From contig MU058636.1 in assembly GCA_013265495.1 (NCBI GenBank), positions 5,925,741-5,989,740 on the forward strand: DNA of 64,000 nucleotides, written 5' to 3'. Shown in pieces: positions 37,870-50,176 of the stretch. The stretch is from Vicugna vicugna. Taxonomy: Eukaryota. A program made the translations under genes and the position numbers. Below the pieces are notes generated by a model, which made no database searches, had not been told where the DNA came from, and saw only the letters and a program-made list of their open reading frames with translations. Every line of letters begins with the position of its first letter. Position 1 is the first letter of the stretch.

Positions 37870-38270
37870 TCTTAAATTCCTCCCCTCTGTAAGCCATCTC
37901 TATCTTGCTGCCTTAGCTACTTTCCTAAAACACAGCTATGGTGAGGTTATTTTCCTGCTTACAAACTTGATAATTTCTCATGTCTGCAGAACACAGGTCA
38001 GACTCCTTATCATAGAGCTTCCAAGACTCTTTGCACACTGTCACCCATCCAATGAGTCCACCCTCTTCCCAGCTCTCATGGTGATTTGTTTACATTTAGA
38101 CCATTTATCCCAAATTGTGTCATTGTTGGCCAGCCCCGTCCATATCCATCTCCTCCATCCGACCATGAGTTCTGCTGGAAGCACATGGTGCCCATTCTCT
38201 AACATCCACTCTGCCCTCTCCCAGCTCCCCAGTGTCTGCCTTCATACCTCGCCCCCAGGTTTGCTGTAGT
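37870..38270 (+). mobile_element. L2 fragment
   Basis: ctactttcctaaaacacagctatggtgaggttattttcctgcttacaaac...tctgcagaacacaggtcagactcctta. Confidence 0.55.
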
Positions 38271-38809
38271 TTTGTCAACCTAGGCTAACCAGGAAAAAAC
38301 TATTGTTGCAAGAGCCCTGGAGGAGACTATTGTGTTCAGGACAGCTGCTGGCCCTGAATAGTCGTGGGGCCTGAGCAAGTTGCCTAGATTAGAGGCCCCA
38401 TTTCTCCAAAGGATTAGTGAGGAGTCCAGCCCAAGGCCAGCTTCTCTGCAGTCTCTTGTCTAATCTTGTACGTATAAGAATACATTGGAATATTCTTTCA
38501 TCTGTGCTGTCGAACCCATCTGACATGCTCTGGAAAAGCTACTGCCCTTTCCTTCCATTGTAAGTGCATTCTCCAGGGAGAAGACCTAGGCGTCCTTACT
38601 CTAAGCTTTCTGGCCACTTTGGTTTTATAGCAAAGGTGATCTAGGAAGCTTTTTCTATAAATAAACCGTCAGAGCTATATGGGAGAAATCAATACACGGA
38701 CGGGGGTGACAACTAGAAATCCCACTGCCTTGAGTCACATGACCTTCCTTCTCACTTGGAGAGCCTCCTGCATTCAAGCCCCATGTCCAGGCCCAGGAGG
38801 CCCTTAGTA

Positions 38810-39510
38810 TGTAAATAGGATCACTTTTGCCCTGCCTTAAGTTTACCAATGATCAGTGATGCTTTTAGGATCATGTTTAAGTGACTGGATGAGTGGCTCT
38901 TCATGATTTGATCCCCGTCCCTCTCTTCTGGCCCCTCATTTATTCACTTCTTATTGTTGTCCATAAAATCACTAACTGTTCCCTATAAAATATAGGGCTC
39001 CCAGTTAAATTTGAGTTTCAGATAAATAACAAATAATATTTTAGTACAAGGATATTCCCAATATTGAATGGGACACATTTATACTAAAGTATTATTATTT
39101 TTAACCTGAAATTCAAACATAATTGGGCATCCTGAATTTTTATTTGCTAAATATGGGAACCCTACCTATCATACCATGTGGTCTCAAGAGCTCTGGCCTT
39201 CTCCCTGCTGTCACTTCCCCTGAACACTTTCTCCTCCTGCCTCACATCCATACATCATTCAGGACTCCTTCCCTTTCCTCTGAAGATCCCCCATCACCTT
39301 CCATTTCAATTTAGATAATTCTCTGTGGTACCCTGGGCCTATTTCTAATAAGAGTCCTTATAAAAATCTATTGTAATTGCTTATTTGAATATTTATCTGA
39401 CTCAGTAAACTAGATGTTTCTTGAGGACAGGATCCATAGTCTATTCTGTTTATCTCCAGAAACTTGAGTGGCTGGCACATAATAGCTGTTTAATAATGTT
39501 TGTTTGACAA
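38810..39510 (+). mobile_element. L2 3' region interrupted by MER53
   Basis: ggatcacttttgccctgccttaag...; gactcagtaaactagatgtttcttgaggacagg...gctggcacataatagctgtttaataatgtttgtttga. Confidence 0.6.
38985..39163. mobile_element. MER53 palindromic hAT MITE
   Basis: Inverted arms cccagttaaatttgagtttcag / ctgaaattcaaacataattggg and tttagtac...tccca / tgggac...tactaaa; end ttatttgctaaatatgggaacccta. Confidence 0.85.
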
Positions 39511-40799
39511 GCCAAATGGTGTCATCTTAGTAGCTTTCTAAAGCACATAGAGAGAAACATATGGCCAGAGTCCTAGATTTCCAGGTGGAAGGAGAAAAGG
39601 GTGCCAGACATTGAAACTGCTAACTAATTTCCAGATGGTCACACTCACAGGGATTTCAAGGGACTGTAGCAAGAATGCAGACCACAGACACAGCAAGAGG
39701 GCCCTTTGAGAAGGCACAGTCAGAAAGATAATGTCCAGCTGGCAGAGATTTAGCACATGGAGATGAGACACGAGACAAAACATAGTCAGGAAGCCTTTCA
39801 TGTCAGTGTCCTCACAGAAAAATGTCTTAGAATGATGAGAATCTGACAGCAAAGAAAAGATGGATTCCTTAGTTGACAATTAAACATGAGCTTTCCCAGG
39901 AAACCTTTTCTTCTCTAAGACTTTTAGCAAAAGAGAGGGGATGGGAACATCTCACCACATCTGTCTTGACAAAACTGTTCCCATAAGCAACAGTCCACAG
40001 CACAGGCATGAACAGTTGCTTCGGAGTACGTGGCAGACCCTCCTCCTGCGTATTCAAGGGAGTGGAGTGTCCTCCTGTCTGGTGGGAGTGACGAGCGCTT
40101 TCGAAGGCAGGTAGCAACTTTTCTGTTTCCTTTGTGAAATGGGAGAACTGTGAGGAGACTTATGCAAGGGGAAGCCTGATGGGTCTGCCAGCGAAAGGAA
40201 AAGAGGAACACAGGCTGTCAACACTTATCAATGTCTTATGATTCCAGCTCATCCTTGGTTTAACTCATTTTAAAATCAGAATCTTTCTCCCACTTTTCTG
40301 TCATCTTGCCTCCTTTTTCTTCTCATCTATGTACTTCTGTTCCTCTGCCCTACTCCCCAAGTGAATGGTTTTTGGTTTAGTAGATCTTTAATAATATATG
40401 AGCTACTGTCTTACACTTACACAATAAATATTAAGATCCTGAAAAATATTCATAGTTCTCATAGCACTCTTCTTCTAGGAATTCTCCTAAGGAAATTATT
40501 GGAGGCTCAAAGAACATAGAGATTTATGTTCAGCGATGCTAATTACAATACTGTTATAATAGATAAATCTGAGACATTTATGCATTGAAATACTATACAT
40601 TTATTAAGATAATATTTTCTAAGGACAGTTAATAGCAGAGGGAGATGTTTGTGATTACTATCCTAAGTGCCAGAATAAAAGACTCTTAAGTTCCAAATAG
40701 TGTAACATATATATTACACATCTACATATATACGTGTGTGTATGTGTACATGTAACACAAAGTGTAACATATATGGTGCATGATTTGAGCGGATGAGAA

Positions 40800-41025
40800 A
40801 CAACAGAGCATTGAAATTAGAAGCATTAGACTTGGAAACTCAAAGATTTGGGCTTACCACTTTTTATTTAAGATCCTGGGAATTTACTGGGCCTCAGAAC
40901 GTCATTGTCAAATAAGGATAATAGTAACTGTCTTACAGAGTGATTTTGTGGGTTTATATGAGAAATCACTTGTCAAATGCCTAGTATAGCCTTACTACAT
41001 AGTAAGCATTCAATAAATGATATTT
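40800..41025 (+). mobile_element. MIR SINE within L1ME 3' fragments (~40430-40700, ~41060-41190)
   Basis: gaagcattagacttggaa...gtcaaataaggataatagtaactgtcttacagagtg...acatagtaagcattcaataaatg. Confidence 0.65.
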
Positions 41026-42885
41026 TTATAAAATACATAAAAATCTAAAATATTACTACCGACATATATATGCATATACCAAAATATTAACATGTTATCA
41101 CTAGGTAGTGTTTTTACACATTTTTAAATTTATTCTCCATGCATTTTCATTTTAAAAATTACTCATAGTGAATATACTAGAATTAAACTATTATATTAAA
41201 TAAATTGACATAAAGCTTGCAACAGCTAAGACTTTTCTTCAGCAATAAAGGATGTGGGGTTTTTTTGGTCTTTGTTTTATCTTTATAGACATGATGAAAA
41301 AGATCTAGGGATATTGTCAAAAATATGTGAAGATCAAATAGGGACTCTGTGTACCTCAATACTTCCTGGCAGAGAATGAAGTTTCAAAATAGCTTTTGCC
41401 TACTTAAGCAAAACCTTAGCTCAGAAAGCCAGTCTGTAGGCATTATGTATGTGTTTGTGTTATACTTGTAAAACTTAATTAATACTACCTATCAGTGAGA
41501 TAGTGTGGTTTCTGAGAATCACGCTCTGCAGCAAGACCACCAAATTAATTATGTGTGAGTAGTGGGAGCCACGCTTAGTAATGCAGGGCAGGATAGATCT
41601 TTCTCTAGTTACACGCCTGATGGAAAACCTTGAAAAGCCTCACAGAGCAGCCTGATTCATTTAGGGACATTTTCCGTTTGCTTGTTGACGTTTCCTCCAT
41701 CCTCTGTTGCTATCACGGACTTTTGGGCTTAACTGACTTGTATCTGTTCTTCTGCATTCATTTCTGTCTGAGAAATGGCAGTTAATACTGAGAAAGTGAG
41801 CGTGTCATCACAAAGAACACTGAGATTGAGGGAGGAATTGACAGTAGCTGCAGCAGCTTAAACCTTACTGACAAGAATCCCCCCAACCCCCCGACCAAAG
41901 GCAGTTTTGTTTGTCCAGTGTAACAAAGGTTATTACTGCTTCATTCATAATGAGCTTCAGGTCCAAGATCTGGTGTGATAAAATGATGGAGCGTCTCAGT
42001 CCAGAAAGAAATATTGTTACGGTGTGATATGGTTACTGTTATTAGTTACACAAGTAGTAAAAACAAGCTCCGAAGCACCTCCTGACATGTACCCTCCTGC
42101 AAGCTATGAAAAGACTTCTCCCTTCTGTCTTCTGCCCCCATCCATCATGCTGGTCTTAGCATCACTGTAGTATATTAATTTATGAAATCACTGCAGTCTC
42201 TCTAAAATTGTTTGTCCTGCTGCTGGCCTCTCTGTATTCAAATCAGCTCTTCCACTGAGACTCAACTATGTTATACACTCATTACCTTAGTTACAGCTTA
42301 TAATTTAGACAACACGATAATTCAGGAAACATTAACAAGTGGAATGTTTATAAAAAGGAGGCAGTATCATCATTGTTTTCACAGAAGGAGTTGATTTTAT
42401 GCTTAGAGGATTCATGAAGTAGGAGAGATACAGAATAAACATTCCAAAATCTGGAACTTTTTTAGCAATAATCATTATAAATTGTAATGAAAAAGATATG
42501 ATTTGCAAGAGTTGTTCTTCTGTGAGCCAGATGGATGCGGATTCCAATCAGGTAGGGGAATAACACATTCCCCAAACCTGCCTCTCACTTTGAGTCCTGG
42601 GCCCCTAAACCAATCAGGTTTTGTTCAGAGTTTCAGAAGGTGGATTTTGAAAAAGTTCCCACCAGTTTCCGACCATGGGAATTACAGTGAGTGAAATTCA
42701 CAGAGGAATAAACATCATAACGTCTTCCCCATCCTCATTTCCTCCTAAGAACAAACATTTTCCCCAGATGTTAACTGAGTTGGTTGCCTCCAGATATACA
42801 GTCTTTTACTTTCTCATCCCAAAGCAGATTTATCTGTTTTGGCCACATCACCATTTGGGAAGCATAATGTTTTGTTTAGGAGGAT

Positions 42886-43330
42886 TGTAGTGGCAGCCCC
42901 CCCACCCAAAAGATAAGCCCCATGTCCTATTCTTCAGAACATGTGAACATGACCTTGTTTGGACAAGGCACTTTTGTAAATGTGATTGAGTTAAGGATCT
43001 TGAGATAAGGTCATCCCAAATTATACCAGTGGGCCCTAAATCTAATGACAAGTATTCTTACAAGAGACACACAGAAGAGGGACAGATAAAAGAGGAGGCA
43101 GTGTTGCCATGGAGGCAGAGACAGGAGTGATGTGGCTACAAGACAAAAAAACGCCACTGGAGCTGGAAGAGACAAGGAACAAAGTCTCCTCTGGAAAAGC
43201 ACACTCCTTTGCAGTGTGCTGCAGCCCTGCTGACACCTCTGGCCTCTAGAATTGTGAGCCGGGTAAGTTTTCTTCTTTTAAGCTACCTAGTTTGTGGTCG
43301 TTTGTGACAGCAGCCACAGGAAACTTAAAA
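42886..43330 (+). mobile_element. MaLR solo LTR, MLT1C-like
   Basis: tgtagtgg...atgtgattgagttaaggatcttgagata...gtgggccctaaatctaatgacaagt...tttaagctacctagtttgtggtcgtttgtgacagcagccacaggaaact. Confidence 0.85.
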
Positions 43331-43339
43331 CTAGAAGAT

Positions 43340-43495
43340 TCTAGAGTTAGCAGACCAAGGTACCAGTTTTGGATCTGCTCTGGCCCTGGGCAAGTTTGTA
43401 AAGCTCTCTACAACTCTCATCTGTAAAATGGAGATGATAATAATACTATATCTCTCAGAAGGCTGTTGTGAGAATTAAATAAGATGTCTATACAT
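43340..43495 (+). mobile_element. MIR SINE
   Basis: ctcatctgtaaaatggagatgataataatact...ctgttgtgagaattaaataaga. Confidence 0.75.
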
Positions 43496-43510
43496 TATTA
43501 TCATTGCATC

Positions 43511-43852
43511 TGTATAGTTAAAAGGCCAAAGGAGGGGGTTTGCCTTGCTAAAAAAATAAACTCTTACTAAAAATTGATTGCAATCTGGCAGTGCCAAACA
43601 GGAAGTGATTAGAAGCATCTCTCTGACAGGAGTTCAGGGAAAGACTGCTAGAGAAGGTGTGGAAGCAGAGAAAGGAAACCATGTGATGGGCTACAGCTGA
43701 AAGGCTGGTTGGCTGTTGTGATGGGCTGTCCTTAGCGTTTCAATTTCATAACCTTGAGGCCTTTACAGGCTTAGGTTTTGGTTTGCTCATGAAGGCTCCA
43801 TGGCGTTAGAGCCTCCTCAGTCTAATGGGCTCCTTGTTTAACTAATTTAACA
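43511..43852 (-). mobile_element. ERV solo LTR (ERV1-class, MER90/MER110-like; family uncertain)
   Basis: TG...CA ends; minus strand starts tgttaaattagttaaacaaggagcccattagactgaggaggctctaacgcc. Confidence 0.5.
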
Positions 43853-46419
43853 GCCTGTACAAGGGAAGAGTGTCCCTAAACGTGCGGAGTCACCGCCTCT
43901 TGCTGGACAGAGACTCCCTTTGGCATTCAGAAGTCAGCTTTGCCTCAGCTTCTACTCAGCCCATTTTCAAGTATCAGTTTTCAAGCTGTGAAACCCTCTA
44001 AGGGCCTACTTGGAACGGCCTGTCCTTGGCCTGACTTCTTTCTTATCTTTTAGCCTGAGAAAGTTCGCATATACTTTCCGTGTTGCCTGGAATGTGCTGA
44101 CTTCTGCCCACCCTGTAGCCAGGCGTCAGCAGCTGGTCTCAATATCATTTCCTGAGAAAATCTCCAATCTGCAATCATATCCACCAAACCCTCTGCTTCG
44201 CTTTCAAAGCACTCATCTCACAGTTGGACTTGGGTCTTGCTCAGAAGAAATTAAGCTCCGTGACTCAGGGTCAGAAAGCTTTGTCCCCACATGGATTCCC
44301 ACATCTAGTTCATCTTCTGGTCCTCAGTTGTATGTCGTCAATAGACTGCCTATGCCTCCATGTAATAAAAGGGATACTGTCATTTTCTCTTCTTTAGCTT
44401 TGGTCTGCCATTTCTTGGCAGGAGTAAATATCTGACATGTATATTTTGCTTTTCTTAAAAGCAAGATAGCTTAGGGACTTAACAGACTCAGTGAAAAATA
44501 TTACATTCAGAAATGATCACTCTGAGTCCTCAGCCCTTCTTTCAGATAATTCATAACCCTGCAAAGTTAATGCGAATTTCTGTGGCAGCAAAGACACAAG
44601 CCTTAGTTTTCTGATAAACCAATGTGCAATTAAATTTGTTTCCCAGGAAAATTTTGTAGGAAAAAGACATTAGGAATGAGCTAAAGTTACCAATTTTATT
44701 GGCATGCTGGTGAGATCAAATCAAGAGAAGCGAAGGAAATGTCATTCCCTTCAAATACATTGGTAGTATTTCCAATCCCATATGTTGCTCAGTCCCAGCC
44801 CCTTGAGATGATCTATGAAAAACAGCTTCCTGAGCAAAGAGTTTCAGAAATACAACTGTTTATAACCCTCTTTGAAGAGTATAAAATATATTAGCATATT
44901 ACTTGCTTTGCAGTGTCCTAATGTTAAGAAATCAATTTAGTTTGAGCCAGTGATTCCTAAACTGTTTAAACCAGTTCTCAAACTTATACAACCACAAACT
45001 TTTTTTTTGACAAGTCACACCTATCAACATTCCGAGGAAATCAAGTACTTTGGAAAATACTTTGAGAAATTCTGTAGTATGGGCATGATGATGGGCATAA
45101 AAGTTTTAAATTATGTGATAAATGTGTAAGAATTGTTACTACACTTGGAAGGTAATCCTGAGTTGGTTTTGCTTCTTAACCACTGTGTTGAGTCAATACC
45201 TTACCTCTAAAGTCACTTTTCAATCCTTTCAAATGTGGCCAAGGACTTATGTACCAGGTGATATTTTAACTGTATGACCATAGATTAAGTTGACAGAATG
45301 AAGGACAGCCACAATTTGGCCAAAGCTTAGATTATTTTGTCTTCAGTAACAATTAAAAGTTTTTCTAAGTGCCTTCTATGTATAAATTACTTAATAATCA
45401 GTAGAAGAATAAATATCCAACATTGTCAAAAATTGTTCTCAGATTTATAAAATTATTGTGAGGACCAAACCAGCAAAATTAAGAGCGGACACTTTATAAA
45501 TTGTAAAGTACTTAGCTAAGCATTTTGCCACTATATTGGGTACAAACCTTTCAGCAAGGCAGATTGTCATCAGCATCCTTGAAATTGCCTCTCACGTTGT
45601 CTTGGAAGTTCTGGTTACTAGAGAGAAGAGACACAGAACAAGGCTCTGAAATTTTATCTTGACAAATCCGGCTGCAAGGCAGCTTGTTCCTAGGACCTGA
45701 GATTTCATCTGAATACTGATGCTGGCATTGTGTTGACTTTACCAAGTCAAGCCTGAGCACTCAGGCTTGCAGCTCACCCACCGTACAAATTTTCTTCATT
45801 ACTGCCATGTCCTCACATTCTGAAAGTCTGCTTTGCAAGAAATTACACGCATTTGAACACTGTCAACAAATGAGATCTGACGAGTACACATTTTGCAGCA
45901 ATGGGGTTTGGAATCTGGACTTTGATTGCCTTCAGCTCCTGATGATATCATATCACAGACTCCTCATGTGATATATTAAGTGTCCTTCCTTTTTGAGGAG
46001 ACATGGGGAATCAATAAGAAGTGAGAATTTTTAACAAGCTGGAGCACCTTAAAGCTGAGGCAGTTAGTTAATGAAGCTTGGCACGCCACCTTTCTGAGGG
46101 TGAACCTTAGAAACTGTGAGAAACAATCTGCCGTTTTCTTGCAGAGACTGGGAGGCTCTCCACCCACGTGAGTAACTTCTGAAGGGTAGTCCAGATAAGC
46201 ATGTTCACCAACTGGCACCCAGGAAAATCCCAGCATCCTCTTTGATGTGTATAGGACAAAGCCCCGTCAAAATACTTGAGCGACCGTTTCTAGGCAGCGG
46301 CGGTGAAATCACAGTGCGCAGTTTGTTACAGACTTGAGCTCTTGTGACGTAACTTCCATTTAGACAGTAGAAATGCAGGTTTGCGAATGATGTTCTCCAA
46401 TGGTACAGCGCCACAGGAA

Positions 46420-46625
46420 GGTTCAGATTTGAAGTCAGAAGGCTTATCTCTAAACCCAGTTTCTTTCTGGGACTAGCTAGAGACTGGTTGTTATTGGCGG
46501 TGTCGAAGGGAGGTCAAACTTCCCTGGGCCTTAGTTTTTCCCCCAGTAAAACAGAAAAAAAAGGCCCTGTCCAACCTACTCCACAAAGATAGTGACAACT
46601 GTAGAAAATGCATATGAGCTTCCTT
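46420..46625 (+). mobile_element. MIR SINE
   Basis: cagatttgaagtcagaagg...gggccttagtttttccccagtaaaac. Confidence 0.55.
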
Positions 46626-46641
46626 TGTGAATTTAAATGGT

Positions 46642-47095
46642 TGTCTTAGTTTGAATTCTCCTAGAGCCAAATCCTGAGACAAGAATTTGGGGTGTAGTAA
46701 TTTACATGGAAGGTAATTCCAGGAAATACCAGTAGGGGAAGGGGAAAGAGGCAGTATTGGGCTTGGTTTCCAAAAAATTACCATTATGCACAACTGACAA
46801 TCTTCCTTGGGAACTCCAGGAAGCAGTGTAGGACACACATCTCAGCGTTGTCTCACCTGAGGGTTGGTTCTACTGGGTGCACAGAGACCAGTTCCATTCA
46901 GCCATGAAGGAAGGCTGTCCTACGGGAGGGGAGATTAATTCTTGACGCTTCAGCCTGTCACACGTGTGAGTTGACTGGCTTTAGAGGAAGCCAGGGAAAG
47001 CCCTTAGGCAAAGAGATGTTGGCCCTAGTAGTTGGAAGTAGTCTAATGTGCACTTAAATGGGGACGACCAGTGGAATATGCGCTGAGTATTAACA
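46642..47095 (-). mobile_element. ERVL LTR, LTR16-family-like
   Basis: tgtcttagtttgaattctcc...cctgagacaagaatttggggtg...ccaggaaataccagtagggga...gggaactccaggaagcagtgtaggacac. Confidence 0.7.
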
Positions 47096-47406
47096 TTTGT
47101 GTATATATATATATAAAACCCTCAGGTGCTGCTGAATTTGTCTTTGTAATCTTCTTAATTCTTTTTCCTCCTGTTCCTCAGAATTTGAACCATTGTTATG
47201 ATGTTGTTGAAAACACTTTACCTTCAAATTTTTATGACATTATTATTCAGAAAGTACCCATAACCAACTTATGATACTATTCTGCTTGTTTTACAATTTT
47301 ATAGAAATGGTACAAATGATACACATTATTCTGCAACTATTAATTTTCATTCAACATTACCTTTGAAATCTACTCATGTTGAAACATTTAGTATTTTCAG
47401 TTGTTC

Positions 47407-47495
47407 TATAGCAAGAAGCAACAGATATTTTTTTGTAAAGGGCCAGGTCATAAATATTCTACATGTTGGAAGTCATATAGTCTATAACACAAACA
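47407..47495 (+). mobile_element. MER58-like hAT MITE, left half only
   Basis: ttttttgtaaagggccaggtcataaatattctacatgttggaagtcatatagtct. Confidence 0.6.
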
Positions 47496-47510
47496 TTTTA
47501 GATTAAAAAA

Positions 47511-48244
47511 TTTTTTAACATTTTTTATTGAGTTATAGTCATTTTACAATGTTGTGTTAAATTCCAATGTAGAGCACAATTTTTCAGTTATACATGAACA
47601 TACATATATTCATTGTCACATTTTTTTTCACTGTGAGCTACCACAAGATCTTGTATATATTTCCCTGTGCTATACAGTGTAATCTTGTTTATCTATTCTG
47701 CATATGCCTGTCAGTATCTACAAATTATGATCTACCAGTCTATCCCTTCCCACCCACCTCCCCCTTGGCAGCACAAGTTATTCTATGTCTATGAGTTTGT
47801 TTCTGTTTTGTATTTATGTTTTTGTTTTGTTTTGTTTTGTTTTTAGATTCCACATATGAGCGATCTCATATGGTATTTTTCTTTCTCTTTCTGGCTTACT
47901 TCACTTGGAATGACATTCTCCAGGGACAGCCATGTTACTGCAAATGGCATTATGTTATGATTTTTATGGCTGAATAGTATTCCATTGTATAAATATGCCA
48001 CCTCTTCTTTATCCAGTCATCTGTTGACGGACATTTAGGCTGTTTCCATGTCTTGGCTATTGTAAACAGTGCTGCTATGAACATTGGGTGCAGGTGTCTT
48101 TTTGAAGCAGGGTTCCTTCTGGATATATTCCCAGGAGCGGGATTACTGGGCCATATGGTAAGTCTGTTCCTAGTCTTTTGAGGAATTTCCGTACTGTTTT
48201 CCACAGTGGCTACTCCAAACTGCATTCCCACCAGCAGTGTAGGA
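47511..48244 (-). mobile_element. Young 5'-truncated L1 (second 3'UTR subfamily), antisense
   Basis: Minus ORF 47950-48318 contains HPMFIAALFTIAKTWKQPKCPSTDDWIKK...TMEYYSAIK (L1 ORF2); T-rich tail with tttattgagttatagtcattttacaatgttgtg. Confidence 0.92.
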
Positions 48245-48348
48245 TTGGACTGAAATGAAGAAGGAACTTGGCTCTGGATGTTTCTATTTGTATAAGAAAA
48301 GCAGAGGCAGCCTCCCACTTCAGTTTCACAAGAAATCTGTGTTGGGAA

Positions 48349-48756
48349 CCATTATATTGAATTGTATCCCCTCAAAATATGTCTAGGAGTCCTACCTCCC
48401 AGTACCTCAGAATCTGATTGTATTTTGAGATATGGTCATTACAGAGTTATCAGGTTAAAAAGAGGTCACTAGGGTGGGCTCTAATTCAATATGACTGGAG
48501 TTGTTATAAAAGAGGAACTCTGGGTGCAGATGGGCACACATAGAGGGAAGGCAATGTGAAGAGACAGGCAGAAGAGGACCATCTACAAGCCAAAGAGAGG
48601 CCTGGAACAGATTTTCCCTCCGTTTTCAGAAGAAACCAACCTTGCTGACACCGTCACCTCAGACTTCCAGCCTCTGGAACTGTGAAATTGCATTTCTCTT
48701 GTTTAAGCCGCCCAGTGTGTGGTACTCTGTTACAGCACCCGCAGCAAACTCATAAA
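48349..48756 (+). mobile_element. MaLR solo LTR, MLT1B/MLT1A-like
   Basis: tgaattgtatcccctcaaaat...cccagtacctcagaatctga...ccatctacaagccaaagagaggcctggaacaga...ttgtttaagccgcccagtgtgtggtactctgttacagca. Confidence 0.85.
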
Positions 48757-48917
48757 GTACTTTGGTCATGTTTTGTGCCTCTATGATGTCTTATGTTTGT
48801 TTTGCATTTTTCTTTGCCTGAATATTTATTTGCTTTGGAAAAATTCAACACATTTTACTTAAGCCAAGTGATAAGGGAAAAAGAATTGTACAGACATAAA
48901 TCAGGATAGCCAGGGGC

Positions 48918-49354
48918 GTCAGAGGGAAAGTGAGAGAGAGAGAGAGAGAGAGAGACAATGTGATCTTTGTGGCTCTATTTGTTCTAACCTTTTGTGTCTG
49001 TTACTGCAATTCCTGTTTTATTGCTATAAAGAACTATCTAAAAAATTTGTTCCAAAAGTATTCCCCACCTTAATTTTAGTTAATTGTACTTTCCTCAAAA
49101 GCAACTCTAAGAACAAGGACTTGATGTGTGTAATTAGTCAGAGGGAAAGTGAGAGAGAGAGAGAGAGAGAGAGACAATGTGATCTTTGTGGCTCTATTTG
49201 TTCTAACCTTTTGTGTCTGTTACTGCAATTCCTGTTTTATTGCTGTTCTGAACTATCTAAATACTATGTTCCCAAAGTATTCCCCACCTTAATTTTAGTT
49301 AATTGTAGTTTCCTCAAAAGCAACTCTAAGAACAAGGACTTGATGTGTGTAATT
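48918..49354. repeat. Tandem duplication, two copies, 219-bp period, each with (GA)12
   Basis: Copy 1 48918-49135 and copy 2 49137-49354 differ at 9 positions by my alignment. Confidence 0.95.
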
Positions 49355-49790
49355 TATTTGGGAAGTGGTTAAAGGAAGCACAGGAAAGGAAATGGAAAAC
49401 TGAGGAGGAAAAGAGAAAGAAATTGAGAAGGAAGACGAGCCATTAAAAGTTGTCTTACTTAGTGTATTACTGCTGTGGGCGCCTGGGGCGCAATCCCATT
49501 AGGGAACTCTGAGGGATGGGGTGGAACACGCCTCAGAGTTGTCCCTCTGACGGGCTGGGAAGCTGGGGTATTTATCCACCTAGTCCTGCCTCTTGTTGTT
49601 TGAAAGTTGCCCCTGGGGAAATTAAATGTATAGAACTCTGCAACTACTTTGGTCTTGATTTGTGTTCAAACTCCTATAGAGCTGGGAAAGGCCACCAGCA
49701 GAGAAATAGAAGGATGTGGGCACTTGAGAGAGCAGTCAGTCATCAGCATGTGAGATATTTTCTAACCCAACAAGATGAACTCAGAAGTGG
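49300..49790 (-). mobile_element. ERVL LTR, LTR16/LTR33-like (its edge is included in the duplication)
   Basis: acaaggacttgatgtgtgtaatttatttgggaagtg...ctgctgtgggcgcctggggcgcaatcccattagggaactctg...aacacgcctcagagttgtccc...agctggggtatttatccacc. Confidence 0.65.
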
Positions 49791-50057
49791 GTCAATAGGA
49801 TGTGAAGAGGAGCGTCAAATCAATAGCCTCTTCTGCTCCACCCTGGGAAAGCTGGATTGGTGAGTGGTTATGGCAGTAATGTGACAATGGATGCAGACAC
49901 ATGAGACCTTCAGAGGCAGTTTGGGTGCACATGGCTTCAAGGGATTCTTGCTCACAATTGAAAATAAGAAAACAAAACCAAAACACAGCAATAACAATAG
50001 GTGTTTTAGAGTGAAGTCTAGTCTACATGTAAAACTTAATATCAAAAGGAAGAAATA

Positions 50058-50176
50058 GGGTGTAGGTCTAGCTCAGTGGTCTAGCTCTGCATGAGGTCAT
50101 GGGTTCAATCCCCAGTACCTCCATTAAAATAAATAAATTAACCTAATTACCTCCCCCCAACAAACAAACAAACAAT
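50058..50176 (+). mobile_element. tRNA-Ala-derived camelid SINE (Vic-1-type), long form, anticodon arm rearranged
   Basis: tagctcagtggt...gggttcaatccccagtacctccattaaaataaataaattaacctaattacctcccccc(aaac)n; 14-bp TSD aaaaggaagaaata / aaaaggaacaaata. Confidence 0.9.

Noticed and set aside
43198..43220. 8-bp inverted repeat AGCACACT...AGTGTGCT in MLT1C
   Set aside because: Short stem within a repeat; compatible with chance or a small local inversion.
48992..49372. 126-aa ORF with an internal repeat
   Set aside because: By-product of the 219-bp (73-codon) tandem duplication and the GA microsatellite.
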